The notes: generated by a model not told the origin, from the sequence alone. A stretch of 64,000 nt of DNA from Eledone cirrhosa (GCA_964016885.1 OZ024744.1:33356001-33420000); one strand, 5' to 3'; positions 38,968 to 50,453 are shown, numbered from the stretch's first letter. A program made the numbers and translations.

Positions 38968-40830
38968 CTATTTTGGTGTTGAAAGTGAAGAAAGAAAAGC
39001 ACTTACCTCTCCGGGTTGCGTAATTTCCATGGCATCAGGTGTGTTGGGTGGAGGGATGTTTTGTGGTGGTGTGGGGGTACACGTGTGTGGTGGGGTTGGG
39101 GTATTTGGAGTTGTGTCAGGGAGAGGGGCGGTTATGGGGAAATCTTTCAAGAGGACGCGATTCAACGGTTTTAAACAGGGGGGGCTCACGTCCCGTCTAA
39201 ATTGTTCTTTTAAGGAACGATAAAGGTCCAGAGGGACCTTTATCATTTTTAAATGGGTGAAGTTCTCTGTTGAGATAAAGTTTGGCCCTTCGGTCTGCAC
39301 CATAGGGTTATTGTTTATTAATTTAACCAGTTTTTTGTTTTCTTTATTTATATATGTGTATTGCAACGTCTTTTTTTGTGATGCTGTCAATGTTTCGGAG
39401 AGGGGAGGCGCAGATTTATTTTTGTTTGTTGAGGGTGGGGTGTTTTTGATTGGAGTTGGTGTTTGTGTGTGGGTTATTTGTGGTGTGCTGGGTGTGTGTT
39501 TTCTTTTTTTTCTTTTAACTTGTCTGAAGGCTTCTCCTCCTTCTTCTTCAGAAGTTGGGGGAAACTCTTCAGCGCTAGGTGGGAGGGACGTGTTGTGTGG
39601 TTGTTTTTTTTTTGCGGGAGGGGTAGATTTGTTACTGTTTTTTTTATTATTTGTTTGGAATGGGTTTTGTGGTGGTGGTGGTGGTAATGTTTGTGTCGTG
39701 CTTGTGGTTGGTAATGGTGGTGGTGATGTTTGTGTTGTGGTTGGTGGTGGTGATTTTTGTGTCGTGCTTGTGTTTGGTGCTGGTGGTGGTGATGTTTGTG
39801 CTGTGTTTGTGGTTGGTGGTGTCTGTATTTTGTTTGCTGTGTGTGGTATTAGTGTATTTTTGGAGGTGGGTGGTGCTGGTGTACTGTTTGTGGTGGGTGT
39901 GGGCAATAGTCCTTTTTGGGGGATACGTTTCGGGCAGTTAGCCTTAACGTGTCCCCTTTCCATGCATAAATAGCATGCTGGTCTTCTCCCCTCTACAATT
40001 ATGTCTATTGGGGTAAGGTCATCCAGCCAGATGCGATCCGGGATTTGTGCTATTCTTTCGGGCCTCATTTGGACTAGTATGTCGAGGCCCATTCCCAGGA
40101 ACGCATCTCCAGTTGCCTTCCCCATTGACAGCATAGTGTCTTCGCCCATATCAATGAAGCCAGCAATAGCCCACCAGAAGTCCATTGTGGGCAGCATTGT
40201 TTTTACTTTTATTCTTTGTGTTCTTCTACCCATGTAGGAGGGATAGAAGCTATATGTTGTCGACGAGAGTGGGCTTAGGGAAAGCTGAACCGCTGTTTCT
40301 TTGTCTCTTGTTAGGACCGAAATGCTGCCATAGAGTCGGTCCTTTCGTATGAAGAGAATATTCTTCATATAATCTTTTAGGACTAACTCTATTTCCATTT
40401 GGCTGGGCTGTGCTGGCTTTCTTGACTGGTTTAGTATAGTTCTGTATATAACTGTGTTTTCTGCTCTGGCTTTCTTGAATTCTGGGGGGGAGTTAATGGA
40501 AAACATTCCGTTCTCCCCCAAAACAATATGTTTCTTTGCTTCGGCCAGTTTTTCTCTGGCGGCAGTTAGGTCAATTGGTGTGTATGTAATGGATTGCTTT
40601 GTTTTCTGGGCGAAAGTTGCCCTGTCGTTATTTGTATTATTTTCTGTTTGTTTGTTTTCTGTTTGCTCATTTTCCTTAACATTTGTTTTTTCATTTTGTT
40701 TGTTTGTTTCAATGTCTAATTTTGTTGTAATTATTTTTTGTTCTTCAGACTTGGGGGGCGTGGCAGAGCTAATGGCAGACATGTCTGCCATCTTTTCCGC
40801 CATGCTGCCAAGAAAGAAATTTTTCGGCAA
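38968..40830 (-). CDS. Tx1/L1 ORF1, gag-like protein with CCHC zinc knuckle and Pro/Thr-rich linker
   Basis: 620 aa open frame; EGRRPACYLCMERGHVKANCP; basic RKKRK motif. Confidence 0.9.
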   Translation of the reverse strand: MPKNFFLGSMAEKMADMSAISSATPPKSEEQKIITTKLDIETNKQNEKTNVKENEQTENKQTENNTNNDRATFAQKTKQSITYTPIDLTAAREKLAEAKKHIVLGENGMFSINSPPEFKKARAENTVIYRTILNQSRKPAQPSQMEIELVLKDYMKNILFIRKDRLYGSISVLTRDKETAVQLSLSPLSSTTYSFYPSYMGRRTQRIKVKTMLPTMDFWWAIAGFIDMGEDTMLSMGKATGDAFLGMGLDILVQMRPERIAQIPDRIWLDDLTPIDIIVEGRRPACYLCMERGHVKANCPKRIPQKGLLPTPTTNSTPAPPTSKNTLIPHTANKIQTPPTTNTAQTSPPPAPNTSTTQKSPPPTTTQTSPPPLPTTSTTQTLPPPPPQNPFQTNNKKNSNKSTPPAKKKQPHNTSLPPSAEEFPPTSEEEGGEAFRQVKRKKRKHTPSTPQITHTQTPTPIKNTPPSTNKNKSAPPLSETLTASQKKTLQYTYINKENKKLVKLINNNPMVQTEGPNFISTENFTHLKMIKVPLDLYRSLKEQFRRDVSPPCLKPLNRVLLKDFPITAPLPDTTPNTPTPPHTCTPTPPQNIPPPNTPDAMEITQPGEVSAFLSSLSTPK

Positions 40831-41003
40831 AAATAGATATTTATTTTACCCCCTAAAAAGGGGGTAAATGCAAAAATGTTTCCCTAAATAACAGGGTTAG
40901 TGTTCCAAATGTGTTGCACTAAAAAATTTATCCGGTACTTACAATAGTAAGGGTAAATCCCGATGGAATAGCGGAGCCGATGCGAAGCGTGTCTTACTCT
41001 ATC

Positions 41004-41034
<31 letters not shown>

Positions 41035-41051
41035 GTAGATAGATAGATAGG

Positions 41052-41084
<33 letters not shown>

Positions 41085-41152
41085 GTGATGTTACTTGTTG
41101 AGACTGGTAAGACTTATTCAACATAGTACTGCATACTTAAGGAATGTAGAGA

Positions 41153-41242
<90 letters not shown>

Positions 41243-41359
41243 TCTATTTAGTTCTATTTATTCATTCGACGGAGTTCACTTTGACATAGAGCTTTATTGT
41301 ATCACAGTCACGGACATATTTTACAGGAAATACTACGTCTCTTATTCATGATTGTTTAG

Positions 41360-41393
<34 letters not shown>

Positions 41394-41739
41394 TCACACA
41401 CACAAACAACACACACTCTCTCATGCACATACATCAGTTCATGTGGTGTATATTTATGCAAATGAAACACATGTGGAGGTGTTTTTAAGGTAGACTTTGA
41501 GATATTTTAAACGTATGTCAGCACTGATCGATCATACAACTCCACATTTTACCTCCAACCTTTAATCGCAACCTTTTTTTTATTGTTCATACATATAAGG
41601 AAATTGTTTTCCAATATATGTTGTTCAACTTAAACTCGTATGTGGTTCGGAATTGAGGAAGATTTTGTTGTTCTTTTCAATAGATATTGTGAAATAAGTG
41701 TTTGTATTTAGTAGTTGTAGAAGTATATCGTATAATAAT

Positions 41740-43170
41740 TGTTTCTATTTCTGGCACAAGCGCCAGCAATTATCCCAGTGTATTACTGGTACTTTATTTT
41801 ATCGACCTCCATGAGGATGAAAGGCAAAGTTAACCTCGGCAGGATTTGGATTCAGACAGCAAATGGACGTAACTCTATACCTTTATAATAACTAGCAGAA
41901 TGAAGAGCAATAGTGACGAAGCTCATTCTACTGACATGGCTTTAAAATTGAGGCTTGTTTGCATTATTGCAAACGAATCGAATGTTATTATTAATATTAG
42001 AAAAGCGGTTGATTGGCAGTGTCGGTAGAAGGTCGGACGCCATGCTTTGACGCATAGAATTACGGACCCTGCCATTCTGAGTTCAAATCTCGCCGAGGTT
42101 AACTTTGCCTTTCTTCCTTACGGGGTCGATAAAATAAAGTACCAGTAATGCACTGGGTAATTGCTGGCCTTGTGCCAAAAGTAGAATCAATTATTAATAT
42201 CAGAAAAGCTCAGATTACATTTATTGTATTCAAACATGTAGAACGAAATTTTCTCTGTCGTTGAGGTCATTCATTTTCCTATTACCCACTCTACTACCCT
42301 AAGTATTGAGTACTCCGGTGCGTTATGATCCATCTGGTTCCTTACCACAACTCCTTCGTTATATATATATATACATATATACCACGATAATATATATATA
42401 TTGGAAGGGTCATATTGTCAATATAAATACACGTTCCAGTTCAGTTTCAATTCAGTATATTATTAGTTGAGTAACGAATCTACCATCGGTAATTTAGTAA
42501 GCGGGCGGTTGTATAATTGTCAATACGCTTTCGTCATACATACTGTGACCTTAGTATTGACGGTCAAAAGAGCAAGGATAATTAGGAAAATGGCCACAGG
42601 AAATGTGTGTGTGAGCACGCGTGTGATTTTATTAGCAGCATGACCCACCCAAAGTATAACAATGTAAGTATATTATTATTATAATAAAGGGGGAATGCGG
42701 GACTGCGTCTTGAATAGATTTTTTTATTCCGTTTGTAAAATACGTTGGATTACTTTAAATAAATAACTGTTTCTACTTTAGGCACAAGACCAGCAATTTT
42801 ACCAGTACATTACGGGTACTTTATTTTTTATCGACCCCGTAAATGAATAATGAGTGAATATTACATAATTTATGTACTAAATTTGGTAGCTATTGATTAA
42901 ATATGAATGATTTTATTGTTATTTCAAGATTCACATCTTTAAAATGTTCTAATGTCAACACTTCCGGTTAGCGTCCATTATATTATATGGATTGGCAGTA
43001 TCGGTAGAGAGTCGGGCACCATGCTTTGAAGCATAAAGTTACGTCATTTATGATCTGAGTTCAAATCCCGCCGAGGTTAACTTTGCCTTTCATCCTTACG
43101 GGGTCGATAAAATAAACTACCAGTAATGTACTGGGTAATTGCTGGCCTTGTGCCTAAAATAGAAACAATT
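41740..43170. mobile_element. SINE copies (minus 41740-41880; plus 42003-42195; minus partial 42765-42840; plus 42988-43170) with PLE pLTR fragments between them
   Basis: Same SINE core as 3893-4612. 42280-42360 is the reverse complement of 11680-11760. 42400-42663 is related to 9250-9415. Confidence 0.75.
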
Positions 43171-43184
43171 ATATTATAATACTT

Positions 43185-43324
43185 ACCAGCAGAATGGCCC
43201 GGCGTTGTTCGGGATTTGCTCTAGGGTTCTTATATATTTGATATATATTTATCCTTATCGAGCTTCGTGAAATAAATATGTTTGTTTATATTTTGTTATT
43301 GTGTATGCAAAAATATCTGTACAC

Positions 43325-43372
<48 letters not shown>

Positions 43373-43598
43373 GTGGTTACCCAACAGTTAGTTCACCATA
43401 CCGAGAACAATTGTTTCACCTTAGCGTATCTTCAGCTCGGAATGGGCATGGTTATAGGACCATTCCGAGCTGAACATCCGCTAAGGTGAAACATTTGTTC
43501 TCGGTATGGTGAACTAACTGTTGTGTAACCACTTCTACCTAACTCGTCCCTTGGACTGAGTGCTCTACCACTAAGGATATTACCTTCCAGTGTTCCAC

Positions 43599-43647
<49 letters not shown>

Positions 43648-45612
43648 TAACAGATTAAATTTTAAGCAAAGAATCGCTGCTTTCAGCCTTAACAGGATCT
43701 TCTGAAACTTAATAAATCAATCTGTGAACGCAGAAGTAAATATTTCGAAAAAGTTACACACTATATATATATATACACACTATATATACATACACACACA
43801 CAGAGATAGTGTCATAATGTCGTAATGCAGACAGCCAGACATACAGACAGATATTATAAGGGCGCGACGTTGTAGCTATGTATCTATATAAAAAGAAAGA
43901 CTAAGAATTATAGAGAGATCGCTAAATCACCTAATGCGGTCCCTAGGGCATTGGAAATTTGAAATATGTTTTGCTCAAAATACTCACACGACCATAAGCA
44001 TTACATGTGTAAAGTTTGAAAACAATCGGTTGGGTGGTTCTCGAGTTTTAGGGAGTCAGACAGACAGACAGACATTTTCCGTTTTAGATATATACTAGCA
44101 GAATGGCTCGGCGCTGCTCGGGATTCTAAACATAGATTGGCATGTATATCCCTCCTTTCTGAAACAGTACAGAGAAGTACGGAATACCTCACCCTCGGGA
44201 TGGTGTCTACATTTTGTGCTTATAAAAAAAATTCGTCGTAGATTACCAGGGTTTTTTCCGTGCGAAGAAAATCAATACTTTATCGCGAAATAAATACTTT
44301 TGTTTATATTTTGTTATTGTGTATGCAAAAGCATCTGTACACGAATATATAATTATATATATATATATTGAAATAACAGATTAAAGTTTAAGCAAAGCAT
44401 CGCTGCTTTCACTCTTAAAGGGATCTTCTGAAACTAAAAAAATCAATCTGTGAACGCAAAAGTAAATATTTCGAAAAACGTTACACACTATATACATATA
44501 TACACACACTACATATACATATATACACACATACACGGATAGCGACGTCATAATGTCGTAATTCAGACAGCCAGACCTACAGACAGATATTATAAGGGCG
44601 CAACGTTATATCTATGTATCTATCTAAAAAGAAAGACTAAGAATTATAGAGAGAGATCGCTAAATCGCCTAATGCGGTCCCCAGGGAATTGAAAATTTGA
44701 AATATATTTTGGTCAAAACACTGACAGGACCATAAGTATTACATGTGTAAAGTTTGAAAACAATCGGGTGCGTGGTTCTCGAGTTTTAGGGAGTCAGACA
44801 GACAGACATTCTCTGTTTTATAAATATACTAGCAGAATGGCCCGGCGTTGCTCGGGATTTGCTATAGGGTTCTTAAATATTTGATATATATTTATCCTTA
44901 TCGAACCTCGTGAAATAAATACGTTTGTTTATATTTTGTTATTCTGTATGCAAAAATATCTGTCCATAAATATATAATTATATATATATATATATTAAAA
45001 TAACAGACTAAAGTTTAAGCAAAGAATCACTGCTTTCACCCTTAACGGGATATTCTACCTAAAAGCAGTATGAAGTACATACACTAAGACTAATTGATGT
45101 AATCTTTGGCCTTGTTTGTTTATATTTTGTTTTTGTGTATGCAAAAATATCTGTACACGAATATCTATATTAAAATAACATATTAATGTTTAAGCAAAGA
45201 ATCGCTGCTTTCAACCTTAACGGGATCTTCTTAAACTAAAAAAAATCAATCTGGAAAAGAGGAAGACGATACTTTGGTTCGTGAAGACGTTCCCTGGCAT
45301 AAGAATATATATACACACACACACTGATCGCGTCATAATGACGTAATGCAGACAGTCAGGCATACAAACAGATATTATGAAGGCGCGACGTCATATATAT
45401 GTATCTATCTCAAAAGAGAAAGACTAAGAGAAAGAGAAAGAGATCGCTAAATCGCCTAATACGGTCCCTAGGGCATTGAAAATTTGAAATTTTTTTAGCT
45501 CAAAACACTTCCAGGGTCATACGAGTTACATGTATAAAGTTTGAAAAAAACCGGTTGGGTACTTCTCGAGTTTTAGGGAAACAGACACACAGACATCCTC
45601 TGTTTTATATAT
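43185..45612 (-). mobile_element. Head-to-tail array of three non-autonomous Helitron units (~43185-44092, ~44093-44826, ~44827-45612) carrying captured Naiad pLTR pieces
   Basis: On the minus strand each unit ends with a CCCGA(G/A)CA(A/G)CGCCG(G/A)G hairpin, then CCATTCTG and CTAG/CTGG-T (the Helitron hairpin-CTRR 3' end). Units start in AT sequence ((TC)TAAAAC..ATGTCTGT). Interiors match the 46 kb Naiad pLTR. Confidence 0.78.
43368..43602. repeat. Fold-back mini-element (78 bp arms, 43368-43537, plus tail) in (TA)n with two divergent hammerheads (minus 43401-43440; plus 43465-43504)
   Basis: Minus: CCGAG-CTGAAGA-tacgctaaggt-GAAA-caattg-TT-CTCGG. Plus: CCGAG-CTGAACA-tccgctaaggt-GAAA-catttg-TT-CTCGG. 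Confidence 0.85.
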
Positions 45613-45705
45613 ATATATATGCAAAAGTTTTATTTAAAATTGTTGGGTTACAACAAGTAAATATTTTATAACTGATATAAAGCACTCGACAAGTTTTTGG
45701 AGTAG

Positions 45706-46041
45706 ATATACGATATTAAACAAATGGAAACTATATTTATAAAACCATATTTATTTCATTATACATATTTCAGGGATACCATATTAAAAATATGGCATGC
45801 CTTCGTCAGATAAAATAAAATATATAACCAGTTTTATAAATAATTTTGACGTACCATAAATATAGCGACCATTAAGGTAGGAGGCTGGCTTGGTACGTCA
45901 AAATTATTTATAAAACTGGTTATATATTTTATTTTATCTGACGAAGGCATGCCATATTTTTAATATGGTATCCCTGAAATATGTATAATGAAATAAATAT
46001 GGTTTTATAAATATAGTTTCCATTTGTTTAATATCGTATAT
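45706..46041. repeat. Apparently perfect fold-back (151 bp arms, 34 bp spacer) with two divergent hammerheads (minus ~45752-45817; plus 45930-45995)
   Basis: TATTTTAT-CTGACGA-aggcATGCCATATT ttt AATATGGTATccct-GAAA-tatgta-TA-ATGAAATA; arms 45706-45856 and 45891-46041. Confidence 0.9.
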
Positions 46042-46463
46042 ATATATATATATAGTAATAATAATAAAATTGAAGACTAAAATCCAAAGAGGGCTCGATA
46101 AGGAAAATATATATCAAATATATAAGAACCGTAGAGCAAATATTTATTAAAATAACAGATTAAAGTTTAAGCAAAGAATCGCTGCTTTCACCCTTAACGG
46201 GATCTTCTGAAACTAACATTGCCAGAGAACGTCTCTATGCACCACCTAAGAGAACATTAGTCTACGACCTCTTTTATACCATAAACGTGGTTTTATCTTT
46301 GCGCGTAATTGTTTTTCACCGCTCCTATTAATGAGGTATTATTCGTTTTTCCCCGTTCTTTGCCAGCGAACGTTACCACGAACCAAAGTATCGTCTTCCT
46401 GTCTTCCTCCGGTTGCAACGTTTTTTGAAATATCCAGTTCTGCGTTTACAGATTGACTTTGTT

Positions 46464-46514
46464 AGTTTCTGAAGATCCCGTTAAGGGTGAAAGCAGCGAT
46501 TCTTTGCTTAAACT
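46464..46514 (+). ncRNA. Type I hammerhead ribozyme in the Naiad 5' pLTR (canonical core)
   Basis: AGTTT-CTGAAGA-tCCC gttaa GGGt-GAAA-GCA gcgattctt TGC-TT-AAACT. Confidence 0.8.
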
Positions 46515-46667
46515 TTAATCTGTTATTTTAATAAATATTTGCTCTACGGTTCTTATATATTTGATATATATTTTCCTTTTCGAGCCCTCTTTGGATTTTA
46601 GTCTTCAATTTTATTATTATTACTATTTGTCTCCTTCGGTTGAGCACTCTACTGACTTATATTCATC

Positions 46668-48797
46668 ATGCAGAAACAACATCTGAATATTTTTACAAAG
46701 AACATACCCGTACCAAGCAGGAAAACATACCTAAAACTCCTGATACAGAAAACAGACACGTTCATTAAAAGGTTGCGTTGGCGTGCCTTTTATTTCGATA
46801 ATCCGCGAAAAGCAGACAACAAACAGGATAAATTTGGATTTAAAACTTATAATAACCCTCCGTGGAACCCAGCATTGCTACCCTTCGAAAATGATGTCTT
46901 GGAACTCATTTGGAATATCAAATTTCGGAATAGGAGCAATTCCTTCCAGCAAGACCTGAAGAATAGAATTCGTTCTATTAAGGATTCTAACGCCGTGCAC
47001 GTCCATTCCGACAAAGCTGGCAACCTATATCAAGTGGAGCGCAGTACTTACCATCAACTACTACATAATTCTGTAACTAAGGATCACCGTAAAACTAATC
47101 GGTGCGTCATCAATGAAATCAACGATGCTGGGTTTAAAATCACATCTGATCTCAACATCCTGGACCGGACCGAACCTCTGAACCCTATTTCTACCCACTT
47201 TACCCTGAAGGATGACAAATCCAATTTTCCGAACAACCCCTCTATTCGGCTTATTAACCCTACGAAGTCCGATTTAGGTAGACTTAGTAAAACGATTCTT
47301 GATAGAATTATACCTGAAATTAGAAGTTTGGCCCCTCTCGCACTGTGGAACAATTCTTTCGCGGTGATTGATTGGTTCAACGGCATATGTAACAAGGAAC
47401 ATTGCCGTTTTATCCAATTCGACATCAACAATTACTACTCCTCCATCACTTTACCACTTCTCCTTAGAGCTATCAATTTCGCTAAAACACTCACAGTGGT
47501 TAAGGATTTTGAAGTTGATGTCATCCTTAATGCCCGAAAGTCGGTGATTAATTTCGACGACTCTATTTGGATTAAAAAATCCAATAGTACCCCATTCGAC
47601 GTGAGTATGGGCGCCAGTGACTCTGCGGAGGTTACTGATCTTATTGGCCTTTTCCTTCATTTCTCTATCAAGGACGAATTCCCCAACGTGGGCGGTGGTT
47701 TGTACCGTGACGATGGTCTTTTGACCATGACTAAGTGCGGACCTCGTGCTTGCGACAGGTTCAGAAAAGAACTCACAGCCTTCTTTAAAGGCTTCAACCT
47801 CTCTATACAGGTTGAGGCCAATCTCTCGGTCGTTAATTACCTCGACGTTACCCTCAATTTATTGAATGGGTTGTATTACCCGTATAGAAAGCCGAATGAT
47901 ACGCTTAATTACATAAGTAAGCATTCCAACCATCCTGCCAGCATAACCAAGAACCTGGTAAGAAACGTTTCGTTGAGGCTTTCCCGTCTTTCCACCAACG
48001 AGCGCATTTTCAACGACCATTCCACTTATTACAATGAAGCTCTTGCTCGAAGTGGATTTGTCGATAAGGTAGCATATACAGAGTACGAAAATAGACCTAG
48101 AAGAAATAGATCCCGTCGCATTTGTTGGTTTAACCCACCATATAATATGGAGGTGGTCACACCATTAGCTAAGATCTTTCTTTCCCTTATTACGAAGCAT
48201 TTTCCCCCTACACATAAATATAGTAACATTTTTAATAGAAATACTATTAAAATTTCTTACTCTACGACTCCTAACCTTGCACATAACATCACAGCTTCAA
48301 ATTTAGCTAAACTACCTAGCCGTAGGAACACGTGCAACCCTGTAGTTAGTACTAAGTGTAATTGTAGGAATCAGGCTGATTGCCCCCTATCCGGGAAATG
48401 CCTCTCTAGTAACATTGTCTACAAATGTAAGGTTGTAACACCCACGTCCCGTAGGGCCTAAATAGGGTTAACCGCCAATAGTTTCAAGCAGCGTCTTTAC
48501 ATGCATACCCATTCTTTTCGCTACCCTCTAAGAAGGAATATGACGTCACTTTCAGATTATATCTGGAGTCTAAAAGACAACCACACCCAATATAAGTTAC
48601 ACTGGGAGATCCTAGCTAGGGCTTGATCGTATAACGGAAATAAAAGACCATGTGACCTCTGCGCCGCTGAGGCCCTGGAAATACTCTACGCTACAGACCA
48701 CATCTTAAACAAAAAATCTGAGGCAATTTCGGCTTGTAAACATAAATTGCACAAAACTTTCCTGCATTACAGCCCCGCGTTATACCTTAACGGATAG
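46668..48797 (+). pseudogene. Naiad RT + GIY-YIG ORF (709 codons) with two in-frame stops (TAA 48459, TGA 48624)
   Basis: SDKAGN, FIQFDINNYYSSI, FDVSMGASDSAE, LYRDDGL, WFNPPY, CNC..CPLSGKC..IVY..A*IGLT..FKQR..H..SLSDYIWSLK..CDLC..LNKKSE..CKH. Confidence 0.92.
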
Positions 48798-49798
48798 CAC
48801 GATCTATACGTGGATATTTTACGTCTTGATGTGGGAGCTAAGTATATGTTTTGTTTATTCCTTTACTTATTTGCATAGGTAAGTATATATTACTCGTATG
48901 TTTTGTGAAGGTATGTATACCTTCTCGTACGTATATTTGACTGTTATAGCGTATAATTTTTACATATTCTGGTATTTAGGGTTTGGCTATGTGTATACGG
49001 GAGCTTTGCGTCCGCGTGAGTGTGCAGGTTCGTACGTATGGTGGGTGTGTGTATATGTGTACTTCTTGTTTTAGTTGACTTACGTCTCCGAACATTCGTG
49101 TATTTATATGTAGGTATGCGTGTGCGCTTGTTATATACGTATTTATTTACTTATATACGTTTATATAATTATTTATTTATTTGTACACAAGCATACACAC
49201 ACACACACATATTTATATGTGCGTGGTTCTGTATACCCATGGTAAGGTTTTGCGTATGCTTGTGTATGTACGTATCTGTTTGCGTGTATGTATTTATTTG
49301 TTTCTATTACTTCTGTATTGCATTTATTTACTTTGTTCTTAACTCTGTAGCGGAGATTCATTTGGTCTCCTAGTTAGAATTTTAGTCTACGATTTCTGCT
49401 ATACCATTTACGTGGTTTTGTCTTTGCGTGCTATTGTTCTCCACGCTCCACATATGACTTATTATCTTCGTTTTTTCGTTCATTGCCAGAGAACGTCTCT
49501 ATGCACCACCTAAGAGAACATTAGTCTACGACCTCTTTTATACCATAAACGTGGTTTTGTCTTTGCGCGTAATTGTTTTTCACCGCTCCTATTAATGACG
49601 TATTATTCGTTTTTCCCCGTTCTTTGCCAGCGAACGTTACCACGAACCAAAGTATCGTCTTCCTGTCTTCCTCCGGTTGCAACGTTTTTTGAAATATCCA
49701 GTTCTGCGTTTACAGATTGACTTTGTTAGTTTCAGAAGATCCCGTTAAGGGTGACAGCAGCGATTCTTTGCTTAAACTTTAATCTGTTATTTTAATAA

Positions 49799-49894
<96 letters not shown>

Positions 49895-50380
49895 TTATAT
49901 ATATATAGATAGATATATATACTCTATCGATTGGTCTATTTTAGATCATTCGAGGGAGTACCAAAGGGGCACAAAGAATTGTTCTTCGTGTACCACTGAA
50001 AAATTTAGGATTTTACAAAACTTGAAAGCCACTTCAACTTGCCTGAACTCCAAGACCGAGATCTTCAGATGTTGTCCTCACCTGAAATCGCATCTGATCT
50101 GTAACTGGATTGACATTCCTACGATGACTCAACCACCTTGAACTTCTTCTCTGCTCTTACATCCACTACGAGTGCCTTAGATCCACTACGATTTTTTTAC
50201 TTTCTGAACTCACTTTCTGTACTCTTATATTCTTTTTCTCCCTCATCTCCCCTTATATTTAAACCTTTTCCTATGTCATTTATTTTCCTTTTTCCTCCCT
50301 ACTTTCTACCTTACCCTTTACATACCCACCTTTTTTATTTTTAGATATTTATTTCTGTGTGTGTGTATTGCGTATATGTG

Positions 50381-50453
<73 letters not shown>

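Larger units (their letters stand above)
35297..41005 (-). mobile_element. Near full-length L1/Tx1-clade non-LTR retrotransposon inserted in a (GATA)n microsatellite
   Basis: Two-ORF organisation (gag-like ORF1 and APE-RT ORF2), AATAAA near the 3' end, and (GATA)n directly at both junctions (35281-35296; 41006-41084). Confidence 0.93.
46052..49802 (+). mobile_element. Near full-length Naiad-type Penelope-like element: inverted 5' pLTR piece (46052-46217), 5' pLTR (46217-46537), ORF, 3' pLTR (49481-49802), in (TA)n
   Basis: ~320 bp direct repeats beginning CATTGCCAGAGAACGTC flank the ORF. 46052-46217 is the reverse complement of 46461-46626. (TA)n lies on both sides. Confidence 0.92.

Noticed and set aside
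38968-39006. GTAAGT...pyrimidine tract...TAG at the Tx1 ORF1/ORF2 junction as an intron fusing the ORFs
   Set aside because: It is only 39 nt, and removing it keeps the ORF1 frame, which stops at ATC AAT TGA, so no fusion results.
39257-39973. 238 aa plus-strand ORF and other antisense ORFs over the Tx1, PLE and RTE genes
   Set aside because: Antisense shadows of compositionally biased coding sequence with no recognisable motifs.
48624-48626. In-frame TGA in the Naiad ORF as selenocysteine (some Naiads encode Sec)
   Set aside because: It aligns with a non-Cys position (SRANSY in the 6.4 kb Naiad), is readily explained by CGA>TGA, the ORF already has a TAA stop, and I could not identify a SECIS.
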